Shown one piece after another: positions 52,628-64,000 of a DNA stretch of 64,000 bases. The DNA is from Podarcis pityusensis (Eukaryota), in the NCBI GenBank assembly GCA_964106645.2, contig OZ067045.1. One strand, 5' to 3'. The notes beneath the pieces were generated by a model that was given only the letters and a program-made list of their open reading frames with translations, searched no databases and was not told where the DNA came from. The stretch's first letter is position 1; every line of letters starts with the position of its first letter. Both the position numbers and the translations under genes were made by a program.

Positions 52628-53163
52628 AAAAGACACCTGCTTCTTGGGAGAAAAGCGATGACAAACCTAGACAGCATCTTAAAAAGCAGAGACATCACCT
52701 TGCTGACAAAGGTCTGTATAGTTAAAGCTATTGTTTTCCCAGTAGTGATGTATGGAAGTGAGAGCTGGACCATAAAGAAGGCTGATCGCGGAAGAATTGA
52801 TGCTTTTGAATTATGGTGCTGGAGGAGACTCTTGAGAGTCCCATGGACTGCAAGAAGATCAAACCTATCCATTCTGAAGGAAATCAGCCTTGAGTGCTCA
52901 CTGGAAGGACAGATCCTGAAGCTGAGGCTCCAATACTTTGGCTACCTCTTGAGAAGAGAAGACTCCCTGGAAAAGACCCTGATGTTGGGAAAGATTGAGG
53001 GCACAAGGAGAAGGGGACGACAGAGGGTGAGATGGTTGGACAGTGTTCTCGAAGCTACCAGCATGAGTTTGACGAAACTGCGGGAGGCAGTGGAAGACAG
53101 GAGTGCCTGGCATGCTCTGGTCCATGGGGTCACAAAGAGTTGGACACGACTAAACGACTACAA
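52628..53163 (+). mobile_element. BovB (RTE) LINE 3' fragment, open RT C-terminal frame
   Basis: ORF 52658..53179: MTNLDSILKSRDITLLTKVCIVKAIVFPVVMYGSESWTIKKADRGRIDAFELWCWRRLLRVPWTARRSN...; 5' fold-back at 52584-52627. Confidence 0.95.
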
Positions 53164-54996
53164 TCTCACACAAATTTGAGCTGAGATCTCACCCTGAAAA
53201 AAGCAGGGGGGGTTTCCGGGGCTGCAATCTCGTGTGGCACCCCAAAGTGTACATCTTTTGGCACTTTGTAAGCATGGCCACCCCAAAATGCATGTCTTTT
53301 GGGTTCTGTGATCTCATGTGGGAACATGGATAGCAAGATGCATGTCCCAGTTTTGGAACTCAAGGTGTTGGATGGTATGAAATATGTTTATCTTTAAGTC
53401 AACTAGACCTAGAATTATTATATCTTTAAAAAGAACTTTATACAAGACTATTGGCTGGTGGCTGGAGTTCTGAACCTTGCCCATTACTATTATGCTTCCC
53501 AATTAAGTCACATGTTTTCCCTGATAATAGAGAATGAAAGTGATCTATGGATGCAAATGGGAAATGTGGAACTGGAAGGTAACTTGCTCTGTGCTTACCC
53601 ATTCTGGAAATACAAATTTTGTTCTCCAAATTCATTAACTAATATATTTTCATTAACAATGTTTAACCTCTGGATTAAATGGGTAGAACACCTGGCACCT
53701 GACATGTTTCCAATCATTTCATTGCAACATCACCCCTTGTTCAAAACTAAAAGTAGACCTTACAATACTGCTTCCTGGAAAATCAGCCACTTAGTTTGCT
53801 GGAGTTTTGTGCAGAGGGTGCCCCTTTTTCTATAGCAGGCATAAAATACCATATAGGTAATATGCAGGTCCTCCTATTCATTTTGGCCCACAAACAAAAA
53901 GGGATGCAACCAGTGTGGTGTGTGGGGGAGTGGGGAAGAGAGAGATGGAAATGGGAGTATGGATTGCCAACACCACAGGGGGAAGGCTATGTGGGGAAAT
54001 CTACTGAATTCCCTCAAAACCAGGAGGTTCACCATCAAACTCAGCTGGTTGGTGGTGCCATAGCTTAGCCCCTGAGCCATGTTTTTACAATCCAGTTGAG
54101 TTTGCAGCTTCTTGTCGCTGAGGTTCACTGAAGGATGGAGGCTTTACGATAAACCATTCCACCGCTTCTGCTATAAAAACTGGTTCCAGGTCACTAGAGC
54201 CTGCAATGAACTCAATTGCTGGAAAAACTCACATTGAATTTATAAAGCTATTTTAGCTATTGACAAATGAAATTGTTTTCATAACAGGGGAAATGAGAGT
54301 CCGTTTATACCCTCCCCCCCCCAAAAAAATCTTTCACCATCGCCATCAACAACAACAACCTAAAAGATCATCTCACACCTTATATATCCAATTTAACACT
54401 GTGCTCTGCAGGTGGGGGTGTCTTGCAGATACCAACCTATCAGAAGGTCCATTCTATGCAATATAGGAATTGGGTCTCCCCAGTTCCTGTTAAATATTAG
54501 ACAAGCACAATCTTTGCTGTTGTTTTTGGTGCCTACTGAGATCTTTCCAAGTCTGCAGACATCTTTCTCAGTCTGCATCTGTATTGGATTTTTAGAAGTT
54601 TTAATGATTTATTGTCTGTATGTCTGCTGCCCTGACTCTTCTGGGAGGAAGGGTGGGATAGAAATTTAAGAGGAGGGACAATAATAAAAACAAAAAGCTA
54701 TTCTTGAACCCTACCACTTTACCATGCACATTATTTTTCTCTGTACAGGGAAATTTATTTATTTTATTTTTATTCCCCTCTTCCTCTGCAGAAGCTTGCA
54801 ATATAGGCCACATACACACCATAATTTAAAGCACTATGATACCACTTTAAACACCCATGGATTTTCCCAAAGAATTTTGGGAACTATAGTTTGTTGAGGG
54901 TGCTGAGAGTTGTTAGGAGACCCTTGTTCCTCTTACAAATATTCACATTCAATATTCACATTCCCCATATGAATATCCATGCTTGGATTGGACTTC

Positions 54997-55428
54997 TTGT
55001 TGTTGTTTAGTTGTTCAGTCATGTCCGACTCTTTGTGACCCCAGGGACCAGAGCACGCCAGGCACTCCTGTCTTCCACTGCCTCCCGCAGTTTGGTCAGA
55101 CTCATGTTGGTAGCTTTGAGAACACTGTCCAATCATCTTGTCCTCTGTTGTCCCCTTCTCCTTGTGCCCTCAATCTTTCCCAACATCAGGGTCTTTTCCA
55201 AGGAGTCTTTTCTTCTCATGAGGTGGCCAAAGTATTGGAGCTTCAGCTTCAGGATCTGTCCTTCCAGTGAGCACTCAGGGCTGATTTCCTTCAGAATGGA
55301 TAGGTTTGATCTACTTGCAGTCCATGGGACTCTCAAGAGTCTCCTCCAGCACCATAATTCAAAACCATCAATTCTTTGACAATCAGCCTTCTTCCATTCA
55401 TCACTACTGGGAAAACCATAGCTTTAAC
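54997..55428 (-). mobile_element. BovB (RTE) LINE 3' fragment with internal deletions
   Basis: ORF 55133..55336 RVPWTASRSNLSILKEISPECSLEGQILKLKLQYFGHLMRRKDSLEKTLMLGKIEG; (TTG)n tail at left. Confidence 0.93.
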
Positions 55429-55496
55429 ATTAAATGTACATTTTGTTGCTTTTTCAGAGACCATGATGGTATACATGATGTCATGTATACCTTTAT

Positions 55497-56075
55497 CATG
55501 AACTGGCTGGATGCAAAGGAGTGGTGAGGCACCAGCTGGGGAACCCCCAAGGGAAGATGGCTGAGTCAGGCGATTGGTGGTGGGATGACAATAAACGATC
55601 AGGTGGAGAAGAGGGAGCAGAGTGGGAGGAGGAGGTGTCAGGAGCTGAAGAGGTAACAAGGTTTAGTGAGCAGGAAGAGGCTGTGGCAGACAGCAATTCA
55701 GAATCAGAGGCAAAAACAGAGACTGGAGGAAAGGGGCAAGAGGCAGATATGAGGTGCTATGCTGAAGAAGCCAGGGGGTCTCACCCTCCTGCTGTGACCA
55801 GCTTCCATTCCACCCCACCCATCTCCCAGAACACAGAGAGGTATGAAAAGGGTGGAGCAAAGACAGGCAAGACAAAGAAGTCAAGTCTTGAGAAGGACCT
55901 GGGGGGAGGAGAAGACTTAGGGAACAGTCCTCACAGCTGCTTCATTAGGACAAAACTTATTGAGAAGAGTTGCTGTGCTCGCTAGGCTTAAGCTGTTTTG
56001 TTTCTTTGAATAAAGAGTCAACTTCACTGGCACCTTGCGAGTTATTGCTGACTTGCACTCTGCTCTTGCCTCGAC
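55497..56075 (+). mobile_element. Solo-LTR-like repeat, family B
   Basis: Purine-rich body giving a spurious E/G-rich ORF; catctcccagaac shared with 15906-16388; AATAAA near 56010; ends ctcgaca. Confidence 0.5.
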
Positions 56076-56165
56076 AACCATCCCACTATTGAAAAATCTG
56101 AAGATGCTTTTCACCATTTGGGTACCTTCATCCTAGCCACTACAAGAAAGAATGTTAACAACACC

Positions 56166-56594
56166 TAGGGATGGGCGAGAAATGTTTTCAATTTTAAAGG
56201 AAACCTACCTGATTCATGCTTAGGAGAACAATGCACAAACTGAAACACAGATACCCTTCAAAAGTCACACACCTCCAAATGTTGTGATGCAATTCTCCAA
56301 CCAAATAATGTGCACAGAAATGTATGTATTACAGGAAGGTTGCATAAATATGCATATAGTAGTGACAGTAACATATAAGTGAAATTGCTTATAAGTGAAA
56401 TTGCTTGCTAAACATGTATTGGAAAATTGCAAGCAAAATTTAGTATATTTGGATGAATTTGCACTAAAATGCTGACACGTTTTTATGAGGATCTTTTTGT
56501 TTTTGTTTTTAATGCAAACCAATGCAGAAATTTGCTTAAGGCTGAAAAGTAGAGAAACTGAGAGGAACCAAAACTGACAGATTCATCCATCCCT
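56166..56594. mobile_element. Non-autonomous DNA element with tagggatgg / ccatcccta termini
   Basis: Short TIRs; AT-rich body shared with ~46600-46803 and ~48840-49268. Confidence 0.6.
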
Positions 56595-56759
56595 AGCAGG
56601 TCCATAGGAACCATTATCCTAAGCATATATGGACAGGCGAGATCAATAAAGATGTTCTGTCTCTATCCTGTTCCAGGCAGGGTGCAAAGGGAGAACAGGG
56701 AGAACACAGCAAAAGTTCAGACAAAGCAGTCAAGCTAAGCAAACCGCCGGCTGACAGTC

Positions 56760-57490
56760 TGTTCCACTGTCAAACAGCAGTTCCTAATGTTCAATCAGAC
56801 TCTCATTTCTTGTAATTTGAATCCCCTGGTTTGAGTCCTACATGCTGGAGCAGCAGAAAACAAGCTTGCTCCATCTTCCATGTGACAGCCCTTCAGATAT
56901 TTGACAATGGTTATCCTATCACCTCTCAGTCTTCTATTCTCTAGGCTAAACATAACCAACTCCCTCAACCATTCCTCATAAGTCTTGGTTTCTGGACCCT
57001 TTATCATATTGGTCATCCTCCTCCGCACATTTTCCAGCTTGTCAAGATCCTCTTTAAACTGTGGTGTCCAGAACTGTACACAGTACTCCAGGTGGGGTCT
57101 GACCACGGCAGAATACAGTGGTACTATAACGTCCCTTGGCAACGAGCCATTGGTGAGCACTCCTTGTGTTCGGACATTCAACCAGCTACAAACTCGCCTG
57201 AGAGTAACATTGTCTAGACCACATTTTACCAGGCTTCTCCACAAGGATATCAAAAGCCTTACTGAAATGAAGATACATTGCAAGCTTGCAACTTTGTTAA
57301 AAGCAAAACAAAACAAAACATGGTCATCACAGCATCCTTTTCTAAGTGTTCACAGATACGCTCCTTAATTGTCTGTTTAGGCCCTTTCCTGGTATGAATG
57401 AAAGCTGGCCGGTCAGTAGTTGCCTGGATCCTCTTCCCCCGACTTTTTGAAGGTGGGGACAACATTTGCCTGCCTCCATTCTGCAATGGT
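56760..57490 (-). mobile_element. CR1 LINE RT fragment with internal deletions
   Basis: ORF 56795..57316 PLYSAVVRPHLEYCVQFWTPQFKEDLDKLENVRRRMTNMIKG...LFSAAP is typical CR1 ORF2. Confidence 0.93.
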
Positions 57491-57699
57491 CTCATGTGTT
57501 TTCCAAGAACAAGGCTCTCCCTCTCACCAGTAATTTTTGCAATGCCCAGAGATCTTGATTCCTGAGAAAATATATTTCCCCCATTTACAGATGACTTCTC
57601 TATTTACCAGAAGATATGACACTCTGTTAGCATGTGTGTGTGTAGTGGGGAGAGGGAATCAAAATTGGCTGTGGAGTGAAAACATATTTACATTTCATT

Positions 57700-58020
57700 C
57701 TACGGGAAATAAATCTAATGACCATGTAAGTGATTCAAAATTACATAAGCAATAAAAGCATAATTACCTTTGTATTAATGTCTCTACTAGAGTAGGGCCT
57801 CCCCCTCCCCCCGACAGCAAGTACCCGCTGGCGCTTGACCAGAGTGATATGGCGAGAAAGTGATTAGGAGCAGGTAATTGTTAACAGAGAGAGATGGGTC
57901 GGTATTAATTAATAATTAACTGAGTAAGTAGAATTCTATAGGAAAGTGTAATTAATTCCACCTGGGTTTTGTGGGACCGGCACTTATTAAAATGTAATAA
58001 TGAGCTTCCAGAATGCCAGA
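57700..58020. promoter_or_regulatory. Putative conserved non-coding element
   Basis: Clustered TAAT sites (tattaattaataattaa, gtaattaatt, ggtaattg) beside a CpG-retaining segment; TE-free; conservation not tested. Confidence 0.45.
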
Positions 58021-59157
58021 GGCTCTTGCTCTGTGAATGTGTGTGTGTTTTAAAAAAATTCTGGACTAGTATCAAGAGAGCTGATGGAGGATTCAGCGTC
58101 AAGCTTAGTTTTAATCCTACTAGTCTCAGGGCTAGAGCCGATACTAGCGCCCAGCCAAACAGGAAGCAAAATTATGTTATATATTCTGTTGGCTAAAAAA
58201 CCCCCATCCCTCACTTTTCAAATGTTCCATTCTGCCCTTCATTAAATTGTAGACGTTGTTTGAAAGATGAACTGCCCAATGATTCTTGGATGTCGCCTGA
58301 AGCAAAGGACAAGATGCACATACACACACACACAATTCCATTTCAGAAGGTGACTGACAGTTGAATCTTCCTTCAATACTGCCAGCAGGAAAGGGTCCTG
58401 AGAGCAGGAGGCTGGATACAGAGGAGCAAGACAGAGAATGTGGCACACACAGCCCTGTCTTCCACCCAATGGGTGTGGCCAGTAGACTCTGGAGGAACAA
58501 CTATGGGAGTAGTTGCCTTACTGTGCCTAATGGTAGGGCCGGCCCTGACAATTGTGTCACAATTATCCAGGGCTGAACCTAGGGAAACTTTCAACTGGCA
58601 AAAGTTGTTCTCATCCAGCTCACCTTTTCAGACAATGACCACCAGTTTTGCTGTGGTGGCAACATTTCTTCCACAAGTACAGACACTCCACCTGGACAGC
58701 GAGCAGCTGCCATCCCCTTCACACCTAAAAGTCCCCAGTGAACAATACAGTGAAGGGGGAATCCTTTTTGCCCCCTGCTGGGCAACCTTCCAGGGGGCAC
58801 ATCCCAACAGTGAGCAGGGCCAGAGGCAAAAATGGGTAGAGCAATAAATGTGAATTTTACCTTTGTGCAGTAGGCTAGTTTCTTCACTTTCACACATTGC
58901 TCTCTATTCCCCATTCAGGGAACCAAGAAGCATGATCGGAGTTCAAAGACACATTCTAGCCAGGCAAAAGCACTCATGGAGGGTGCAAAAAAGGTGCATT
59001 TTGGGAGATTGTGTGGCCTAAGAGCCAGACTGAGAGGCCTGGAGGGTCACAGTTGGCCCATGTGGCTGAGCTTCCCCATTCCTAGTGTATAGTCTTGACT
59101 CCCATGTTTGCCAGGCTTGGTATGAATGTATCACAAATAGGTTTGCACTCTTGGACT

Positions 59158-59443
59158 CAGGGGCGTATGAAGGGGGGTGCGGTGGGGGTGGTCCACCCCG
59201 GGTGCCATCCCAGAGAAGGGTGACAAAATCCCTCCCGGCGGATTGCGCCGCCTCGCTGCAATTGGCCTCCTGTCAGGAGGATCGCACCCCCTCATCACGA
59301 TCGGACCCCCTTCCCCAGGATCACGCCGTTGCACCGATCGCCCCATGGGCAGATTGCCCCGCCTGTGGGCAGATTGCCCCACCCCGTGAACAGATCGCCC
59401 CACCTCACTGCTCCAGATGCAGGAGCAGCTAGCTCCGCCACTA
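59158..59443. mobile_element. Young GC/CpG-rich hAT-type MITE, 8-bp TSD
   Basis: Exact TSD cttggact at 59150-59157 and 59444-59451; imperfect TIRs caggggcgta / tccgccacta; internal (ca)gat(c/t)gcccc repeats. Confidence 0.85.
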
Positions 59444-62400
59444 CTTGGACTAAGCAAAAACAAAAAAGCCCAGATAATTTCTGACTTTGGAGTGCTCTGG
59501 TGAATGACCTAGCTTTGTCCTTGAATTAAATTGATAAATAATGCACCGAGGACTAATGTTTTTCAAAGTGTTTTGCATGTAAAAATGAAAAGCAACCTGG
59601 GATTGTGAGGAGCGGAGTGGGAAGAAAGAAACTATCGAGCTCTCTGGGCCTTTGTTTATGCATCTGTTGAATGTGTGGAATCAGATGCTCTTTAGGGAGG
59701 CTGTGGTGGGCTTAATTATTTTCTGTTTGCAAAGCTGTTTAAGATCCTAAGTGAGCAGCGACACAGGAGCAGAAGGTATTGTGGTGACATTAGAGCTGGC
59801 ACTGCTGCTGTGCCAAGTTCACAATAAGGCACAAAACCAGGTCTGCAGTGGGAGAACAGAGAACTGTGGAGATATGCTAAGGAGGGATGCTGCCAAGTTT
59901 TGCAATTGTGGGATTCAAAAACAAACAAGCACCCACCCACCCACCCGTCCAGCAAGTAGAAGCTTTTTTACATTCCAAGTTAACACACACACCCTTTTGG
60001 ATTTTAGCTCAGTTTCTAAAACAGTTTTGCCCATTCTAAGCTGTTCCTTTCCTTTCCCCAAAATTTACCTTCCAGCATTCTGTGGGGGGTGGGGGGGTGG
60101 TATGGAGTTGTGATGAGGAAGGTTGTTCATGCCATTATTAGCCCCCAAAGCCCTACTAATAGGAAGACTAGGGATGCTCAAATATTTCATTCTGTCTGCA
60201 TATTTAAATGATGCCACTTGAGGCATTCTTTCTGGACTGATACATTGTTCAAAACAAAGTAGAAGTGGCTCGCTGTTTGGGGTGGGGACACCATGCTAAC
60301 TTCCCAGCAGGTGGGTTGCTGTTGCATGCCAGGAGGGGTGAGATGGTGGGAAGGTAGGAATGGTGCAAATGCACTGGCAGGGCTGATCTGGTGCTCCTGC
60401 CAGTGTGTCTGCACTGTGCCAACCTCCCTGCCATTTCCCCCTCCCTTCTGGCAAGCAGTCCATTCCCTCCCCACATGCCCTGTCTCTAGGTGGGAGGGAA
60501 GAGAAAATCTGCCCCCAATGAAAGCTAAGTGGATGGCATTTTCTGTGTTTTGTCAGCGATTTTGAACCACAGAGAAGTGGCATGAATGGTTATTCAACGA
60601 AAATCTTAATGAATGCAAAACAAAATAAAAGGCACAGCCCCTGCCCTCAGACTTCTAATTTGAAAGGCTTGAAAGAGACAACAGAAGATGAATGCAGGGG
60701 GAAAGAAGACGATCAGTTTGAGAAGAACGTGAGTTTCACATCACAATCCCATGGCTGTTTACTAGGGCTCTGTGTGTCTTCCCCCAAATATGATCCAGAG
60801 CCCAATCTGAACTTTGGATCAGCCCCAACACAAGCTGATCCAGAGCCAACCCAGCCCATATGTGGACCCTGAATCAATTTGGGGACAAGTGCTTTAATTG
60901 GGCTTTAATTAGGAGCAATCTGAGCTGTCTCATTTCAACCTGATTTGGCCAAAGAATTGATCCACCCAGAACTGTCTGAATTGGTTCAGGATCCAGGTTT
61001 GGACTGAATCCAGTGCACATACCTACTGTTTACTCAGAAGAAATCCCATTGAGTTCAAGGGGACTTCCTCCTTAGTATGGTTAGCCAAAGGTTGTGGAGC
61101 CTTTTTGCTGCTCCAGCAGGGATCTTACATTCTTACATCCTATAAGCAAATTGAAGAAACAACTGGATGTCCCAACAGCAGTGTCCCCACAAGAGCAGTG
61201 ACTGAGTTTTGTTTTTGTTTGTGTGTGTACAGTTTTGACACTAAGGATGAGTTGACCAAACAGAAAGGTGTACACAACTATTCTGATTACCCAAGCTCCA
61301 TAAAAATGTAAGAGCCTGATGGATCAGGTCAATGGCCCATCTAGTCCAACGTCCTGTTGTCCCAGTGGCCAGACATACCGATAGGAGACCAGCAAGCAGG
61401 CCCCAAGCACAAGCGCACTCTCCCCTCCTGTGACCTCCAACAATTGGTCTTTAGAAACATTACGGCCTCCAGCTGTGGAGACATGATGATGGGTGTTAAA
61501 ACTAGCAGTGGGGTGTGTGTGTCAGTGACAGCCAGTGGTTCTTTCCCTTTAGAAGGGAAATGATTCTCCTTTGCTAGAGCCATCCCCGGCTCTGTGCCGT
61601 AATGAAGGCATCCCTCTCCAGTGGTTGTCTTTTGAAGTGGCTAATTATGTGGCATGGCTGATGGGCCAACACGCCTTGCTTGCGTATTGAGTGGGCCACG
61701 CATATCGTACGGCGAATTACAGACTAAGATGAAGTGCCGGGAATCATTTGAAGATGAACGTCAGGATAAAGAGCTGAGTAGTGATCTCAATTAGGCAGCC
61801 CAAAGATCTCCTGGGGGATGTAAAGAACAAAAATCCATAGCTTGAACCATTTTAAATTGAAGAGGATGAAGGAAACCATGGGTGTGGGAGTCAGTATATG
61901 GACATTTACTTATCTGTTTCCAAATTTCTGCATAAGCTGGTCAGCATTGCTTTAGTTCTGGGGGGGGGGGGCAGTTTCCACCTCCTTTTCCGTGTTCTCT
62001 CTTTATGTGACAACTATATTTTCTGCTGCCCTCCCATCCTGATTCACTTACCTCTCTTTTCTCTGCTTTTGCTCCTCCACTACCCCATCAGACCCTCCCC
62101 ATGTTACTGAATCTCCGCTCTTTTATCAATCCAGTGTAGAGTACCTCCCACCCCTCAAAGGTGATAGCCTGTATATTTTTTCATCCCTTCACAAACTGTT
62201 GGGACTCTACATGTATATTCTGTCTGTTTGTCATAGCGTAGTGTGAGCAAGTCAGAAAAGCCAGAGTGAGACAATGCTGATGAAGCTGAGAGACTATATA
62301 AGAAGCAGCAGTCGGTGGGGTGGGACGGTGCAGTTTCCCTGGCTTCCTAGGAGAGACGTAACTACTGGCAACCGAAAGAGAGAGGGCCATTGTCCTGATC

Positions 62401-62967
62401 CAGCAGATTCTTATTACATTATTATGTTCCTATGATTCCATTTGCATGGGGTCTTGAGCTTGGGAACATGGGTAGAATTCCCCCTTCAAACCTTCTACCA
62501 TCAACATGGGAAAGTCAGATACTGGGTGGGCAGGGATAGACACGCTGAAGTTGAAGATGGCAGGCTCTTTCCTGCTCAGAACTGCAGTTCAGAAAATGCA
62601 GAATTGGGCTGGTTCATCTAAAACCAGCATAGTGGCCAACCAGATGTTCCAATGAGAAGCTTGCAAGCAGAACTTGAGCACAACAGCAACTCTCCCTACT
62701 TGTGAATCCTAGAAACTATTATTCAGAGGCATTCTGCCTTTGGCAGTGGAGGTAGAATGTAGGCTGGAAGCCAGGGATAGTATTTATGCAAACATTAGCT
62801 TGTTCCCATAGAATAAGTCTGAGCCTTGTGAAAAAGTTTGGTCTGGAAGATGAAATCATGCTCTAGGAAGACCTTCCAGGTCTGGAGGGCAGCAAGAAAG
62901 AATGGATGGAGTTGGTTAAAAGTGGCAGCCCTAAACATGCTTACCTGGGAGGAAGTCCCATTGAAAG

Positions 62968-63120
62968 CATGTGGGATAGCTCAATTGGTAGAGCATGAAA
63001 CTCTGAATCTCAGGGTCATGGGTCTGAGCGCCACGTTGAGCAAAAGATTCCTGCATTGCAGGGGTTGGACTAGATGACCCTCATGGTCCCTTCCAACTCT
63101 ACAGTTCTATGATTCTGTGA
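62968..63120 (+). mobile_element. SINE with tRNA-Lys-derived head and CR1 3' tail
   Basis: gatagctcaattggtagagcatgaaactctgaatctcagggtcatgggtctgagcgccacgttgagc resembles vertebrate tRNA-Lys(CTT) and is fused to gattcctgcattgcagggggttggactagatgaccc...ttctatgattctgtga. Confidence 0.85.
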
Positions 63121-63201
63121 TTGTTCTGGAAGAGACTCTAGGGTGGCCAAGACAGCAGCAAAGATCACTGGCCTGGATTTAACAGGAGGAGTCATAATAG
63201 A

Positions 63202-63220
63202 TTGACTCTAGATGGCGCAA
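63202..63220 (+). promoter_or_regulatory. Candidate CTCF site
   Basis: TTGACTCTAGATGGCGCAA fits the CTCF core C-W-S-Y-AG-R-K-GGC-R-C; CpG retained; in non-repeat sequence. Confidence 0.5.
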
Positions 63221-64000
63221 CTGTCTGCACTCCCAGTGCAGTTAAAGAGCCATGAATGAAGTGAGGTTTAAAGCTTCCAATAAATGAGAAGAAAAAGACT
63301 GAGCACCGTAGTCTCTTCACTTCATTCTCCTATCATTAATAGCCTCTCAACAACCTCATTTGCATCCTCTTAAAAGGCAGCAGAGCGCATTAAGCCCCAA
63401 GGAACTGTGTGCTAATGTGTCAGGGTGTGTGCTAATGGAAAACTCAGGTGAGGTTTCAGTTGCAATCCTGTCTTAAGGGCAGCACTTTGAAAATAATTCT
63501 CAGTGCCATGTTTCTCCAGACGATCATCATACTACTACTTCTCTACCTACACCTCCCTCCCCTGCCTCCTCAGTGACATACCTTCCAAGATAACAACAGG
63601 ACTCTCAATCCCTGGCCCAATGGGCTTTCAGGAAGGGTTAGCTTCTGCTAGCCAACAGGCTCTCGGGAGCTCATTTTGACATTGGGGGTGGAGGGGAGGA
63701 AGGCATCATTCAATTATCTCAATAAAAACAAGAAAAATCTGTTGCATTTTCAGGGGGGGGCCTAGTAATTTTAAGTAGGGCATAATTTCTCCAAATAAAC
63801 ACAATGCAACCCTATATTCCATGGGTTAGGAACTTCAGATCTGGGGGCCAAATGTGGCCCTCCAGGCTTCTCTATTTGGCCCTTGGGACTCTTCCTAGGC
63901 GAAACCAGTCACTTGTCCTACTTATAACCCCCTTTTCTTTCATCATGGAACTGAAGGTGACATACATGCGGCTCCCAGGTGGTCACTCATCCAGACCCAG

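Noticed and set aside
52658-53179. 173-aa ORF as a host gene
   Set aside because: It is the C-terminus of BovB reverse transcriptase in a 5'-truncated copy.
55521-55985. 154-aa acidic E/G-rich ORF (similar one at 15876..16076)
   Set aside because: By-product of a purine-rich LTR-like repeat; no domain or splice context.
56795-57316. 173-aa ORF as a host gene
   Set aside because: CR1 ORF2 pieces joined by internal deletions.
62968-63041. Functional tRNA-Lys gene
   Set aside because: Anticodon arm and T-loop are mutated (ggtctga for ggttcga), no oligo-T terminator, fused to a CR1 tail.
1-64000. Known conserved miRNAs, snRNAs, rRNA, CRISPR arrays or prokaryotic systems
   Set aside because: No match by eye to the common vertebrate mature miRNAs or structural RNAs I recall; sequence is eukaryotic with no repeat-spacer array. 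An Rfam scan would be needed to exclude RNAs fully.

Overview
Vertebrate DNA from a squamate reptile, most likely a lacertid lizard (Podarcis/Lacerta-type Sauria SINEs, young BovB, Squam3-like SINE, CR1, L1, L2). I find no intact host protein-coding gene. The ORFs that look like real proteins are LINE remnants (BovB RT, CR1 RT, L1 ORF2 C-terminus), plus one short GC3-rich fragment of unknown origin. The window reads as intergenic or deep-intronic sequence: many transposon insertions, several with readable target-site duplications (TSDs), separated by TE-free, TAAT-rich blocks resembling conserved non-coding enhancers. I cannot name the locus. Most notable structures: (1) a ~707-bp imperfect palindrome (5922-6628) that mirror-duplicates part of an enhancer-like block and a consensus splice donor, with outer arms better matched than inner arms; (2) a ~225-bp mRNA-like coding fragment captured inside a CR1 element, in frame with its RT remnant; (3) a Sauria SINE flanked by a ~130-bp direct duplication; (4) a BovB with an 88-bp fold-back palindrome at its 5' junction; (5) a solo-LTR family with ATAT TSDs and a CR1-tail-like segment. 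Family names come from recall of consensus sequences, not database searches; identity figures are hand counts.
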